DNA from: Octopus vulgaris
Taxonomy: Eukaryota
DNA: 64,000 bases
NCBI GenBank assembly: GCA_951406725.2
Contig: OX597815.1
Coordinates: 152,644,001-152,708,000 of the forward strand
Direction: 5' to 3'
The notes below the pieces were generated by a model that saw nothing but the letters and a program-made list of their open reading frames with translations, was not told the DNA's origin and ran no database searches. Position 1 is the stretch's first letter; every line of letters begins with the position of its first letter. The position numbers were made by a program, and so were the translations under genes. Shown here piece after piece: positions 38,281-52,007 of this stretch.

Positions 38281-39962
38281 CAATAAATGGTGGGGTTGTG
38301 TTGACCGCACGTGGAGAAATGATAAGTAAGGAAAAATTTTAATAAAATGAGAAAATGATAAAATATATAAATATATATTTATTCAACTGGTTTTCGTCAT
38401 TGTATGACTTGTCAAGAATATTTATGTTTTAAGAAGTTTTTTTTTAAATTAGAAAGGGGAAAAAAAGAAAATTGCATTGTTTTTTGTAAAAGAATAATGA
38501 TAAAAATGTACAAAAATTAAAAAATAAGTTCTCCGATACATTGTGAGTTTGTTGTGTATCTTGAGTTTTATGGTTGTTTACGAAAAAATTACCTTGAGGT
38601 GTTAAGATCCAAAGGGATTAAGAGCATGTGTTGTGTTGTGTTTGTGTTGTTAAATTCAGCATGTTTGCAGGACAGGAAGTAGTAGTAATTGTGGTCCTGG
38701 TTCTTCAGTTCCTGTGTTGTGAGTAAGGGGAGACAACTCTTTTGATTTCTTCAATAAAACCCAAATTATAAAACTATCATTTTAGCTTCATTTGCATTAT
38801 CTTTTTTTATATAATTGCTTGTTAACTTAACTTTCAGATTTTAACACTTTATTTATATTATTTTCTAATAATATAAATCTGCATAGACAATTGCATTTCA
38901 AATTGTCATATCATTTATAATAAAAATGATAGTAATAACAACAATAGTAAAAATGATATTTAAAGAATATAAGTTTTAGCTTGAAGTGATGAATGCATGG
39001 TATCTTTATATATTTGTGTTAGTCCATCCATGAAGAGTGAGGTAGAGAAAGGAAGTTTGATCAACGAGGAGTTTGCATATTAAGTTGTGTTTGGAATTTT
39101 TCAATAAAGAGATTCTCCTTGTTAATTCTCTCCTGTGTGGTGATCCCGTCTTTACATTGGTAGAAGGGGAATATATAGAATTTGGGGTTTAAGTCTTTAG
39201 CACATGAGTCTAAGTGGTCACTCAGTGGAATTTGTCAGTATTCCGGGAGATTTATTTGTTCTTTATGCACCGTTACTCGTTTACGTAACGGGAGACTCGT
39301 TTGTCCAACATAATTATGTTGGCAACCAGCGCATGTGAGAACGTAGATAAGGTTCTCGGAGGAACAGGAGAAGTTAGTCTTGATTTTAAACTTCGTACCT
39401 TGTTTGAAGGTAAATTCAGAGCCTTCAAGTAGAAAGGGGCAGGTACCACAGTTTGAGCGTGCACATTTTTTTACTGTTGGGGGTGGATGTGGTGTGTGAA
39501 GTTTGGCATTTGTCAAGAGTTTTTTTAAAGATTTGTGTTGCCTTTTGCATTTGAGGATTTTGTGTGTATTTATAATGTTTTTCATTTTTGGGTCTGTTGA
39601 CAGTAGACTGAGGTTTTGTATGATTGTGGTGTATGCTTCGATATTTTTGGGGTTGTGGGTGGAAATGTATGGAAGTATTTTGAGGTTGTGTGTGGTGTTA
39701 GGTTGGGTGGTTTTCAGTGTAGTGTTGTCTAGTTCTTTGGCGCGTTTTATTCCATACTCTATAAAGGTGGAGGGATATTGACGTTGTAATAGTGTTTTTT
39801 TGAGGTCTTGAAGGCGTATTTCTCGTGTTTTTGGATCCGAGACAATGGTGCATACCCTTTTAGCTAAATTGAAAGGGATATTTGTCTTGGTGTGTTTTGG
39901 GTGGCATGAACTAAAGAGGAGGTATTGTTGTGAGTCTGTAGGTTTGTGGTAGATGTCTGTTA
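38281..39962 (-). mobile_element. Penelope-like element (Neptune-type), 5'-truncated: RT thumb, Cys linker and GIY-YIG
   Basis: DIYHKPTDSQQYL.FSSCHPKH, CARSNCGTC, NLIYVLTCAGC...YVGQT...R. Flanked by (TA)n. Confidence 0.92.
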
Positions 39963-39964
39963 TG

Positions 39965-40021
<57 letters not shown>

Positions 40022-40309
40022 CTCCACGAGGCTCCGGCAGGGGATGGTGGTGATCCCTGCTGTACTCTTTCACCACAACTTTCTCTCACTCTTACTTCCT
40101 GTTTCTGTTGTACCTGTATTTCAAGGGGCCGGCCTTGCCACTCTCTGTGTCACGCTGAATATCCCCGAGTACTACGTTAAGGGTGCACGTGTCTGTGGAG
40201 TGCTGAGCCACTTACACGCTAATTTCACGAGCAGGCTGTTCCGTTGATTCGGATCAACCGGAACCCTCGTCGTCATAACCGACGGAGTGCTTCCATATAT
40301 ATATATATA

Positions 40310-40640
40310 TATATGGAAAAAAAGTAAAGGTAGGAAATGCTAAAATAATTTTATAAAAAACATTTCAGTACTGGTTTCTCTTGTTTACTCTTGTGGGTTT
40401 GAGGTCGAACCCACAAGAGTAAACAAGAGAGACAGAGACAGGCAGAAACAATGAAAATGCCACTTGTATTTGAATACTATGCAAATATTCTTTTAAAAAC
40501 CTTTTCTTTTAACTTTTCCAAAATTTTAATTGTTTTCCATGCTTACAGTTGAAAAAGTCTCAATGACTGAAACTGGTAATGAAATGTTTTTTATAGAATT
40601 ATTTTAGCATTTTCTACCTTGACTTTTTTATCCATATATA
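40310..40640. repeat. Short inverted-repeat element (~70-bp arms) enclosing a perfect 23-bp hairpin
   Basis: Arms at about 40310-40378 and 40569-40640. Hairpin at 40377-40430. Confidence 0.7.
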
Positions 40641-41889
40641 TCAACTCATGTGTTCCTTTTCATCCTTCTACATATATATATATACTCTTTACTCTTTTAC
40701 TTGTTTCAGTCATTTGACTACAACCATGCTGGAGCACCACCTTTAGTCAAGCAATCAACCCCAGGACTTATTCTTTGTAAGCCTAGTACTTATTCTATTG
40801 GTCTCTTTGCTGAACTGCTAAGTTACGGAGATGTAAACACACCAGCACCAGTTGTCAAGCGATGTTGGGGGCACAAACACAGACACATAGACACACAAAC
40901 ACACACACACACACACACACATATATGGATATTTTCACTTGTTTCTTTTATGTCCTGTTTTCAACTCTAGAATGGATTAGATGTGTAGTTTTCAACTGTG
41001 GTCCACATGACCCTTGTTAGTTCATATAAAATTTCGTTCTTAAAATTTATGTGCAGAAAATTTACCATACTTCTACAATACACAAAATGTTTTAACAATG
41101 TTTTTTATGCAGTTCCTCATAATATTTGTTTATGGAAATACAAGAGGATTTTTTTTTAAACACCAAATGGTTATGGGGTCCAATAGAATAAAACAGAAAC
41201 AAAGGGTTTCATAAATAAAAAAAATAATTTAGAAGAATATACTGCTGAAGCATTGTTTTACAGCCAGATGCTTTTCTTGTCACTGACCCTTACTGCTTTT
41301 CAAATAAGAGGTCACCGATTCCACAAATCTTTGAATGTGAAAAGCCAGTGAATGATTTATTGACAGGAGAAATGAAAACAACCTATAGCTCAGGGACTTT
41401 CAAAGAGACCCAAATGTTAACAAATGCATAGACATGCACACACACACATACACACATGCACGCATGCATGCACACACACACACATGCACACACATGTAAA
41501 CACATATGCAAGTGTGTACACATGTACACATGTGCAGACAGATGCACATGCACATGTGCACACAAAACATGCACACACACACAACAGGCTTCTTTCAATT
41601 CCCATCTACCAAAGCCACTCACAAGGCTTTGGTCAGCCTGAGACCATAACAGAAAACCTACCAGACAAGACACTTGACCACTGTGGGACTGAACTCAAAG
41701 CTATGTGGTTATCAAGTTAATTGCTTAACCACCCAGCCATACTTGTGCCCCGATGACTCAGCCTTAGTATTACAAATGATAAGTGCACTTACTTTCAAAT
41801 ACTCCAGTGTTTCTGAAATTTGGTCTTCTTTCTGTAACATAAAACAATCATGTTTTTTATCATTCAATATAAATCCCTGCACAAATAAA

Positions 41890-42495
41890 CAGCACTCCTA
41901 CACTTGAATATTACCCTAACACTTAAATACCATCCCTACACTTAAATGGTACCCTTACACTTAAATAGCACCCCTACACTTAAATAGAACCCCTACACTT
42001 AAATAGCAACCCTACACTTAAATAGCACCCCTACACTTAAATAGCACCCCTACACTTAAATAGCATTCCTACATTTAAATAGCACCCCTACATTTAAATA
42101 GCACCCCTATACTTAAATATACACCTACACTTAAATAACACCCTACACTTATATAGTACCCTTACAATTAAATAGCACTGCTACACTTAAATAGCACTGC
42201 TACATTTAAATGGCACTACTACTCTTAAATAGCACCCTTACACTTCAAAAGTACTGCTACATATAAATGGCACACCTACACTTAAATAGCACTGCTATAC
42301 TTAAATAGAACTACTACAGTTAAATAGCAGTGTTACACTTAAATGGCACTCCAACACTTAAATAGCACCCCTACACTTAAATAAAACTCCTACATTTAAG
42401 TGATATGCTTACACTTAAATAGCACCCTTACACTTAAGTGGTACTACTACACTTAAACAATACTTCTAAGCTTAAACAACACTGATACATTTAAA
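41890..42495. repeat. 19-bp minisatellite (CCTACACTTAAATAGCACC), ~30 degenerate copies
   Basis: Directly visible head-to-tail array. Confidence 0.93.
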
Positions 42496-43179
42496 CAAGA
42501 GTCTTAGAGACAATTCTCCTAAACCCTAAAGACGACAGTGATATCAACAGATCAGAGAATCTTTCCGGATCAAGCTGCAACTTCTCTGTATTGAGAGGTC
42601 ACAACCCTGGTACTATGGACTCGAAAGTCATAAGAAAGAATTACAAGATGGATTCTTCAAGTTGAGTCAACTGGCAGGAGACCTAGAGGTATATAGATAT
42701 AGAGATGTATATACATACATGTATGCATGTATCAAGATATATATATATATGGATGTATGCATCCCCCACACACACACACAGAGTTAGGAGTCTTGTCATT
42801 CAAGTAACTTAGTGACCTCACTAGTGCTGGGACCATGAAAAGCACTCAGTATAGACTCTGAAAAGTGGTTGGCATGAAGAAGGGTATCTGGCCATGGGAA
42901 CTATGCCCAAGCAAACATTGACCATGGTGTTGTCCTTCAGATTCTGTCAACCCATCTAGGCATTAAATGATGATGGTTATACAGTTCTCTATTTGAGAGA
43001 TGAGGAATTATGTACATTATTTACATTATTTACATTTGATGGATATTTGTCCTCATCTTGTTTGCTTTTAACAAACCATTTCTGATGATGTACTCTCCAG
43101 CCTTCATCAGGTGTCCTGAGGGAATTTTGAATCTGGGTTTCTCATTCCAAAGGTATTTTTCCGATGTTATTATTATTAA

Positions 43180-43221
<42 letters not shown>

Positions 43222-43222
<1 letters not shown>

Positions 43223-43830
43223 GAATGAGAGAGCAGTGCATGGCATCAAAGTGACACCAGGGTAAAATATACGAAGCCCAGTATACCCATCATGACTACC
43301 AATCTGATAAGGGTACACTAGGCACATGCATCACGACCATATTTGCACGACATGGTGATCTCATATCAAGATAAACAGCGCATGAGCTTGCAGGTGGGGC
43401 CCAGTTAGAATTTTCTTCTGGTCGAGTAACCCATCCCGCTCAAAAGGTCCCTGAATAAGGGTTGTTTAAGGATGTTGAAGGAAACATCCATGTTTTCAGA
43501 GGTGAATTATTCAAACCTCAAAGAATCCCTCTCAACACAAGGCTATGATGCTCCCCACTACTTCTGCTCATGATCAGAGATGCACATATTGTCAGCCACT
43601 AAGGGACATGCTCAACATGTTAAGGTCAAACAAATCTGTGGTATTGAGCAGAATATTTGCTGTAGCCCATCTTTTATACCAAGACAAAACAATGTACATG
43701 ATAACACCTCCAGTCGGTTAAGATCTGAAGCCTCGAGAGCCACTGCCTGGTACTGTATCAAGGCATCTGTGGTATTGAGCAGAATATTTGCTGTAGCCCA
43801 ACTTTTATACCAGAACAAAACAATGTACAG
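43222..43830 (-). mobile_element. ~550-bp interspersed repeat (SINE-like) abutting (TAA)n; second copy at ~53790-54345
   Basis: Both copies share gcatg(g/c)catcaaagtgacacc...tatacgaagccca...gaatatttgctgtagcccatc. Confidence 0.75.
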
Positions 43831-43832
43831 GA

Positions 43833-43918
<86 letters not shown>

Positions 43919-44029
43919 CACCATCATTATTATTATTATTATTATTATTAATATTATTATTAATCAGGTCACTGCCTGGAATCAAAATCTTGGGGTTAGT
44001 AGCCCATGCTGTTGTTAACCACTATGCCT

Positions 44030-45340
44030 TATGCTTGTGAGCAATTATGGAATGAATTTTAGGGATTATAAACCTAATATTTTCCTTTCTGTCCTTAATA
44101 CCAGTTCCCATATGCTATTCATATTGGCCACATATCTTTTGTATCTATTCAGAGAGGCCTTTCTCATAGTGTAGACAGAGTGTGGACAGTTTATTGGTTT
44201 CATCCTTTCTTTTCTTCATAATTGGAGTGGATAGTATGTTTTTGGGGTAGTTGTTGCTTAATAGATTGTTACTTAGCTTGATCATTTCTTTGTGGTGGAT
44301 ATCAGGATTGCTACTTATATTCTTTGCTCAATGTTTTAGGTACTGAGCAATCACTCTCTTTACACTGTGGAATTGAAGTTGAGGTATCGTCCAGTGAAGG
44401 TTGGCTTGCAGTATACAGATGTCCTGGATCCATAATTGGTGCATGTTAATAATACGTCCAGGAATGCTAACTGATTGTCTTTTTCCTTTTCTTTTGTGAA
44501 CTGTATGGATGGCTTTATTGAGTTCACTTAATCTAACAGTACTTGAACATCTTCCTGTCAGGTCAGAGTATGAAGGTATCATCAACATATTGCAGCCATA
44601 GGATTGGTTTTAGTGGTGTTGATTCTAAAGCCAAATTCTTAAAAACAAATTCCATGTATATATTGGCTACCATCAGTGATAATAGTGAACCTATAGCTAA
44701 ACCCTCTTCTTGTCCACATATATCAGTGTCCATTCTGAAGTAGGTACAAAAAAAAGATACAAAAGATATGCAGCCCATATGACATCAGGACAGTATTCAA
44801 GAGTAATACAACACTTCGCAAATATCTCCTTCGATTAAAACCACCAATAGAAGAGAATATGACCAAAGACTGTGTAATACTCCATCCCATGCAGCTGTGG
44901 TAGGTTATACTAAGATTAAACATGCTGCCCTCTCAAAATAAGGGTAGAGGAACATTGCAAAGCTGTGACATGAGGAGATATTGATAAATTGGGTATAGCT
45001 AATCATGTATGGAAAAATGGAGACCACCTTTCCCTGTGGGATGAAGTTAAAATAGACAGAGAACACCACTGGAAAATATGAAAACTAAAAGAAGCAGTAC
45101 ATATGGTAGGACACAACAACCTCCTAAGCAGACTGAGTGCAGTTAGGAACAGCATATAGAAACCGGTATTAAGGAAGGATAGGAGAATATTAAATTTATA
45201 AGCCCTTGTTAATAACAACACCAACATCGAAAAATACCTTTTCCTAAGACACCTGATGAAGGCTGGAGTGTATATCAGCCGAAACATTGTGTTAACAACA
45301 AACAAGATGAGGATAAATATCTGTCAATTGTAAATTCTTC
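44030..45340. mobile_element. Penelope/Poseidon-type PLE, degenerate: RT fragment on minus joined to 3' end on plus
   Basis: Minus: QEEGLAIGS.LS...ANIYME...W.QYVDD. Plus (about 44730-45340): decayed GIY-YIG C-terminus and a terminal repeat with a hammerhead. Confidence 0.75.
45248..45293 (+). ncRNA. Minimal type I hammerhead ribozyme motif (PLE-associated); degenerate copy on minus at ~43069-43116
   Basis: gacac-CTGATGA-a-ggctg(10-nt loop)cagcc-GAAA-ca-T-T-gtgtt. Stem III probably decayed from palindromic ACGT. Confidence 0.65.
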
Positions 45341-46650
45341 ATCTCTTAAATAGATGTCCATTCATGCGAATTACCGAACGGATGCCTCTGTACAAGGCAT
45401 CTATCCAGCTGCGGAAGACGGGACCAAAACCAACCACTATGAGGACAGCCTCCAAGTATCGATGGTCTACCCAATCGAAAGCTTTGGATTGATCCAAATT
45501 GATCAGGGCCCCACTCATGCCAGGTTCCTTAACTACCCTGTCTATGATGTAGCGCATCAGATGGAGGTTGTTATGGATGCTCCGGCCTGGCATGGCGCAT
45601 GTTTTACACCTTGTCAACCAGTTTCTCAATGACAAGCACCAACCTCTTGGCTAACACCATGGCCAAAATTTTCAAGTCTGCATTGAGAATAGTGATGGGC
45701 CGTAAGTTATATATTACGTTCCCCTTGTTTAGATCTTTCTTATGCAGTGTTATGGCTCCTCAGCCAGTTGCAGTACACTGCTGCCAAGACATCTCCGAAC
45801 AAGTCTGGCATACAACTGTTAAGCTCATAGGGTAGACCATCTAAACCCGGTGATTTGTCCCTCGAGCATTCCGCCATTATGTCCCGCACTTGCGCCACCA
45901 TGATGGCACCTTCGCAGCACTCTGCCTCTCTTGTCGAAAGTCGTGACAGGCTGTGCTGGTAGGCACTGAAATCCACCCTGCGTTCTCGCTCACTACTCGT
46001 CCTGAACAGTCGGGCAAAATGCTGTTGAAAAGCCACACACATTTTACTTGGTTTGAGTAATTCGTGCCCTTATTCATCTACCAGAGACCGAATGTTGGCT
46101 TTGTTGCCCTTTTGTGCCTCTGCCACCTGGGCCTCTTATGCGACTCCAACACATTCGTTCCTTAAAGCACGCATCCTAGCTCTGACAACACACCATTCGT
46201 GTTTAGCATTGAAGTGTTGGTCGAGGGTCAACCTCGCCGTCAAAATGTCGAATGCGAAGCCACTTCTAATCGCTTCTTCTAGCTTCTAAACTAGGTCACC
46301 CTCTACACTGTTTCTATCTATTGCTAGTGCTTTACTATAATTAATCGCTTCCGCTTTTACTGCTCTCAAGGGTAAACCACCATTTGTTGTTGATGATGGC
46401 TCCCGTCGAAGCCCTCTTTACTAGTGTGCTAATCCGGTCTCTGAAAACCTGTCTCAACGGGAAACATGCGTTCAGTTTCCAGTAACCGGGACCCTGCCTA
46501 TCTGTCTTATCTATGTCTAGCGTACACGTCACAAATTTGTGATCTGTGTAGCTGACTATGTAGAATTGTGGACACCCTACGCTATCTCTATCTACTGTCC
46601 TACACAGTATCCTATCTAGATACTATCTCGACGACCCGATGCAGTTGCTC
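45341..46650 (-). mobile_element. Tx1/L1-clade LINE ORF2 fragment
   Basis: DHK, GYWKLN, KSPGLDGLPYE, GRSIHNN, LDQSKAFD.VDH. Confidence 0.88.
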
Positions 46651-47034
46651 CATCTGTTTCCAAGGTAGCATTCCAATCCCCCACTCGAGGAGATCACTAT
46701 AAAGTTTCTTGGAAGAGTACTCCTGGCATCTTCCAACCGCATTGGGGTAATTGGATTTTAGTGTGATGCAGGGTTGGTGTGATGTGCAATATTTTAATGT
46801 GTTCTGGTGGTGTTGTGTATAGGTGGTTGCTTGTTTTTATGTCTCCATGTGTCAGGTTTTTTTTTTGTGGTTTTGGCCAACTTACGTGGAGCCCATTTGA
46901 ATAGCGTTTGTCTAGCAGATAGATAGATTAATATGAATATATATATATATATATATATATGTATATGTATAAAGATATATATATATATATATACGTATAT
47001 ACGTGTGTTTGTATGTATATACATATATGTATGT

Positions 47035-47622
47035 ATATGGGACAGGAAGTAAATATGTGCCGAGATATCAAAAAGGAGATCTCACGGAGAGTAAGGGCCG
47101 GATGGAAGGCATTTAATGGCATAAGGGATATCCTCAAGGGAAGGTTGGACAGGACCACCCGTGCCAACCTCATTAACAGTGCAGTTCTGCCTGCAATGTT
47201 ATATGGTAGTGAAACATGGGCTACCACAAAGAGAGAAGAGCAAAGACTGGTAACGGCTCAAAGTGCCATGGAAAGGTCAATGCTTGGTATCTCGTTGAGA
47301 GAGCACATCAGTAGCGAGATCATCAGAAAGAAGTCCAGTGTGAGAGATGTCATCGCAGAGTATACACGCAGCAAGTATAGATGGGCTGGACACGTCGCCC
47401 GGCTCACCGATAATCGGTGGACCCACGCAGTTGTCGAGTGGTACCCGCGCGAGCGGAAAAGACCACCCAGAAGACCTCCACGACGGTGGAGTTATGATTT
47501 CAGGAGGATGATTTGGATCACGTGGATGATAAAGGCGCGATCCAGAGAGGAGTGGACAGCGTGCTGTGACCAGCAGTGTCAAATGGACGCCTGACGGACT
47601 GGTCAGTCAAGGTGATCAAGGT
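47035..47622 (+). mobile_element. RTE-clade LINE 3' fragment
   Basis: EISRRVRAGW, LPAMLYGSETW, RWAGHVAR, RP.RRP.RRW; short tcaaggtga tandem tail. Confidence 0.9.
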
Positions 47623-48319
47623 GATATACATATATACATATAAAAGACAAAATAAAGTGAAAAACTTCAGAAGACTTGTTTATATGGTTAAAGAATATAT
47701 TTAAATCGTCTTGTTTTTAAAAATGCTATAAATTTTTGTGTATAGTAACATTGTTTTTGGAGAAATAACCGGTTTCGTATTTGCTTCTCAAATTTCTTGA
47801 ATTTTTTTACCGATACTGTGTCATCTCTTCACTATGATTTGAAGTATGAGAGTTTCAGACAGGGGAAGGTAATCAGGGATTTTTTCGGTATAAGAGAGAT
47901 AATTATAAATATTGGGAATGACTAGGTTTTATTAATTTAAAATGATTTGGGTTAGAAAGAATAGAATGTTAGAAGTGGTTAGGTTTTGATTTATATATAT
48001 ATATATTTTCCAATGAGGTAAGTTTCCTCATTTAAAAATGCTAGAAAAAGTTAACTTTGGGCTTATATTATAAGTAGGTTTCCTTATTTAATCTAACTTG
48101 TGTTGGTGTACCAATAGCACATTGATAAAATGGAAAGATTAGAAATTGTGGCAGTAGTTACTTTGCTCATTTCTCAATGTGTTTACTAAAGGGTGTCATT
48201 CTGTATGTTGGGAATGCAATCTGCTGTAAATGCAGAGTGCATCTGCATCTGAGTGATAATCCCGTGGACCCTATGTAGTTTGGGTGGCAGCCCGAGCATC
48301 CAGGGGACCTATAATTACA

Positions 48320-48665
48320 ATCCATTATAGCTGAAATTCAGTTCTGGCTGAATCAATATCCAGAAGAAATACCGTAAAGAATCAGCAAAGAATTCATAAT
48401 TGAATCGGTTGAATTCATCCTATGAAACAACCACTTTATGTTTGACAACATGTTTTATCAACAAAAATCCGGGACTGCCATGGGTACTAGGGCAGTCCCA
48501 GTCATTGCGAACCTAACAATGAGCTATCTGGAAATAATAATATACCAGGAATCTTTATCTACATTTGGAAACCCTCTTTCCCAATACATAAAAGAAAATT
48601 GGAAAAGATTTCTAGATGACTGTTTCAACCTCTGGAATGAAAACACAAATTCCTGAAATTCAAAA
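48320..48665 (+). mobile_element. Penelope-like RT fragment
   Basis: N.F.FDN.FYQQKSGTAMG...P..ANL.M...WKRFLDDCF. Confidence 0.85.
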
Positions 48666-51014
48666 GACTTGAATATTTTTGTTTAAATTTGTAAAGTATT
48701 TCAGAAACTTTGTGATAAGGTTCCTGCCTAGGAACATAGCCATGACATCCCGAAAAATATCAACTTCTTTATTTTGGTATTTAGGAAGAAATAAGAGGGA
48801 AATCATGCCAGGGTCAATACTGCAGTCCTTAACAAAAAAGGTTAAAAGGAACCCTCAAAACCTCAGTCTACCAACCAATAACCTAAGTTACAGTTGTCCC
48901 ATTGTGTCAAGGTTACACAAAATATCAGCAAAGGAGTCACATCACCATCATTATCATCATTTAACATCTGTCTCCCATGCTGGCATGGGTTGGACAGTTT
49001 GAGAGGAGCAGGTAAGCCAGTGGACTGTGTCAAGTTTGAGTCTGTTTTGGAATGGTCTCTACATCTGGATGCCCATCCTAATGCCAAACACATTACAGGG
49101 TGTACTGGATGCTTTTCATGGAGCACCAACATTGGAGACGTCTGTTTTGGCATAGACATGGACAAAAGATGGTGCTACAGGACCAAAGTAGATTAAATCA
49201 TTGTATAAGAAGAAATAAGACGTTTTCAAATATTTTAAATATTTATTTATTTAAAAAAACAGCCATATATAAGTACATGTTTGGTAAAGTTTTAGTAATA
49301 TCAGGATCAGTTTTTGTTAATTACATTATAATTCGGTCTTGTTTCTTGACATTTCATGACCCACTTTTCCTACAAATCTCATCCACTTATAAAACAGGAC
49401 CCACACTTATGTATACATTCTTTTATTTATTTCAGTCATTTGACTGTGGCCATGCTGGAGCACCACCCTTACTCGAGAAAATCGACCCTAGGACTTATTC
49501 TTTGTAAGCCTAGAACTTATTCTATCGGTCTCTTTTGCCAAACTGCTAAGTTACGAGGATGTGAACATATCAGCATCGGTTGTCAGGTGATGTTAGGGAC
49601 AAACACACACACATATATATATATACGATGGGCTTCTTTTAATTTCTGTCTACTAAATCCACTCACAAGGCTTTGGTCGAAAACAGTTGACCAAGGAGCC
49701 ACGCAGTGGGACTGAACCCAGAACCATGTAGTTGGTAAGCAAGCTACTTACCACACAGCTACTCCTGCACCTATATGTACACACACACACACACACTTAC
49801 ATACATATGTGTGTGTGCAATCATTAATCCAGACACATTTTTCTTCTCTCTCTCCGTTTTTTTCTTCATTCCTTTCTGTAGGAAAGCATAGGCTTGAAGT
49901 GTCAAAGACTCTTCCATTTTTTCCTGAGCATCAAACTGACACTCCTTGTTTGTTCTTTTCTTGGCTGTCTTTGTACAATTTTCAACTATACATTTACACA
50001 CACTAATACTTTTCCCTCAACGAGATATTCCTTTTAGCATGATAAGGCCTCTTGTGGACAGTTTTTTTTTATCAATGCCTACTGGTTACTCTGAGTATTG
50101 GTCTACATGTGTACCTCATATGCATAACATGCTGCATGTGTGTGCATGTATTTATATGTGTTTGTGTGCATGTATATTAGTAAAATTAAAATATTAGTGT
50201 ATATTAGTAAAATTACAGTAAAGTGAAAAAAAGGTATAGCGAAGCTGACATGAAGAGTGGAAGATCCAACATTTCAAATAGACTCCTCCAGAGAAAAGTT
50301 GCCAAGAAAAAATTAATAAGGGACAACAGCTTTACATCCTCTGCCATGTCTTTTGAATATCTCTCTGGTCAATTTCTCCATGAAAAAGGATTTCTTTCAT
50401 TAAGTCTGTGTTAATCTTTTGTTTTACTGAGATAATTTTTGATAAAAAAGGATATTTGTTTCAAATGGTTTCTGATGTTGTTTTGGTGCAGTGGTTACTA
50501 CAGCTGGAAGGGTTTACAAGAGATGCAACATTCGATTTCTGCAGGTACTCTTACGACTTATTTTTTATCTGATATGTGTGTGTGAAAATAAAGAAATATG
50601 TATGTATAGGTAATAGTAGAAAATAAACCAGAAGTGAAAGCAACACAAAAAAGAAGAAAATGACAGGATAAGCTATCATCATCTTAGGAAAATCGAGACA
50701 TTTTATAAAGGTATATAAATATACTCCCATCACTTCTGGCTTATTCTTCTATCATTGTTATGATATTTCACTGTATACTTTCAAGAACTTTTAAATTATG
50801 TACATGTGTATATATATGTATACATACACACACACATACATATATATACACATATATAAACAGAGTTAGTGGTTATAGTAACCTACTAAGGGATAAAATA
50901 TCCGTATATACTATCAGTATCTGTATTATCCCCAGGCGATGGTGTGAAGGCACAGCATACACATAGAGTATAGATAACAACAGGATAAACAAGAGTTTAT
51001 CAAGAACCAAGGCA

Positions 51015-51283
51015 AGTAATTAGAAAATGGAGAAAACCATAAATTAACCAACATATCAATTGGACCACATTTATAACTTATTTATTAATACAAAGCATGA
51101 CAAAACAAATCTTACAGCTGTTTCTAATCAGATTACCAGAATGCAGTCTATACATAAATGTGAGAATTCTTCATCTTCATAGGGTATTCGAATTAATTCA
51201 TGCTGTGTATTAATAAGTAAGCTATAAATGTGGTCCAATCAATGTGCTGGTTAATCTATGGTTTTCTCCATTTTCTAATTACT
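51015..51283. repeat. ~85-bp imperfect inverted repeat (PLE-end-like)
   Basis: agtaattagaaaatggagaaaaccata... versus ...tatggttttctccattttctaattact. Confidence 0.7.
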
Positions 51284-51408
51284 CATACATACATACATAC
51301 ATACATACATACATACATACATACATACATACATACATACATACATAAATGCATACAAAACACACACACACACGATATGCATATATGACTGTAAAAAAAC
51401 ATAGACTA

Positions 51409-51414
51409 TTTATT
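51409..51414 (-). promoter_or_regulatory. Candidate polyadenylation signal for NUB1
   Basis: AATAAA on the minus strand about 440 nt after the stop, followed by T/GT-rich sequence. Confidence 0.35.
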
Positions 51415-51855
51415 AAGAAAATTAGTTATCAATATTTTCACTAACATATTTCCTATAGAATCATGAAACTAATTCCTTCCAAGTGTTTTCCTCAGGAGAA
51501 TATTCTATCATAATATTTCTGTTGGAATATTGAAACCTTTACACCACACCTATTCATTAAATCAAAACAATTTTTAAATTTAATTTTTAGAAAAATTCAA
51601 TTTTAATTTTAGAAAAAGTTCAATTTTAATTTTAGAAAAAATTCAATTTTAATTTTAGAAAATCTAACACAAGTATAATCAGTCCATGCCATGACAGCTG
51701 GCTTAATTTTCAAGATGAAATATTAAAAGATCTTTCAACAACTCGTAAGATTGTAGCAATAAACATGACCAAATAATTAAGTTTCCTATTCTGTTTTTCC
51801 TGTGTATCAAATAAGTCTTATCTCCAAACAAACAAGTTTTCCATCTGATGTTCTG

Positions 51856-52007
51856 CTAGACGTGTTCCAGTAAACTCAGATAGTCTGAAAGGATCTGTGA
51901 TTCTTCTATAAGTAAGAAATCAAGGTAATCTTCGGAATCCCTGGGTAGAATTTTCCTGAAATTATCCAATACCTCCTTCTCCTTCATGTCTTGTTCTTGA
52001 GTATTTT
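51856..52007 (-). CDS. NUB1: NEDD8 ultimate buster 1, last coding exon (ENTQEQDMKEKEVLDNFRKILPRDSEDYLDFLLIEESQILSDYLSLLEHV*)
   Basis: Acceptor ctttctattttgacag, phase 1, matching the previous exon. EDYLD.L..E..I...YLS matches the NUB1 C-terminal motif as I recall it from vertebrates. Confidence 0.88.

Noticed and set aside
39235-39237. In-frame TGA in the PLE GIY-YIG ORF as a possible selenocysteine codon
   Set aside because: The context PEY*QIPLS is not a conserved Cys position. CGA>TGA decay is the simpler explanation, and no SECIS was recognised.
41890-42495. CRISPR-like regular array
   Set aside because: Contiguous 19-bp units without unique spacers, no cas genes, eukaryotic context: a minisatellite.
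49860-50570. Possible extra exons (plus acceptor near 49880; minus acceptor near 50568)
   Set aside because: No recognisable protein and no partner exons found.
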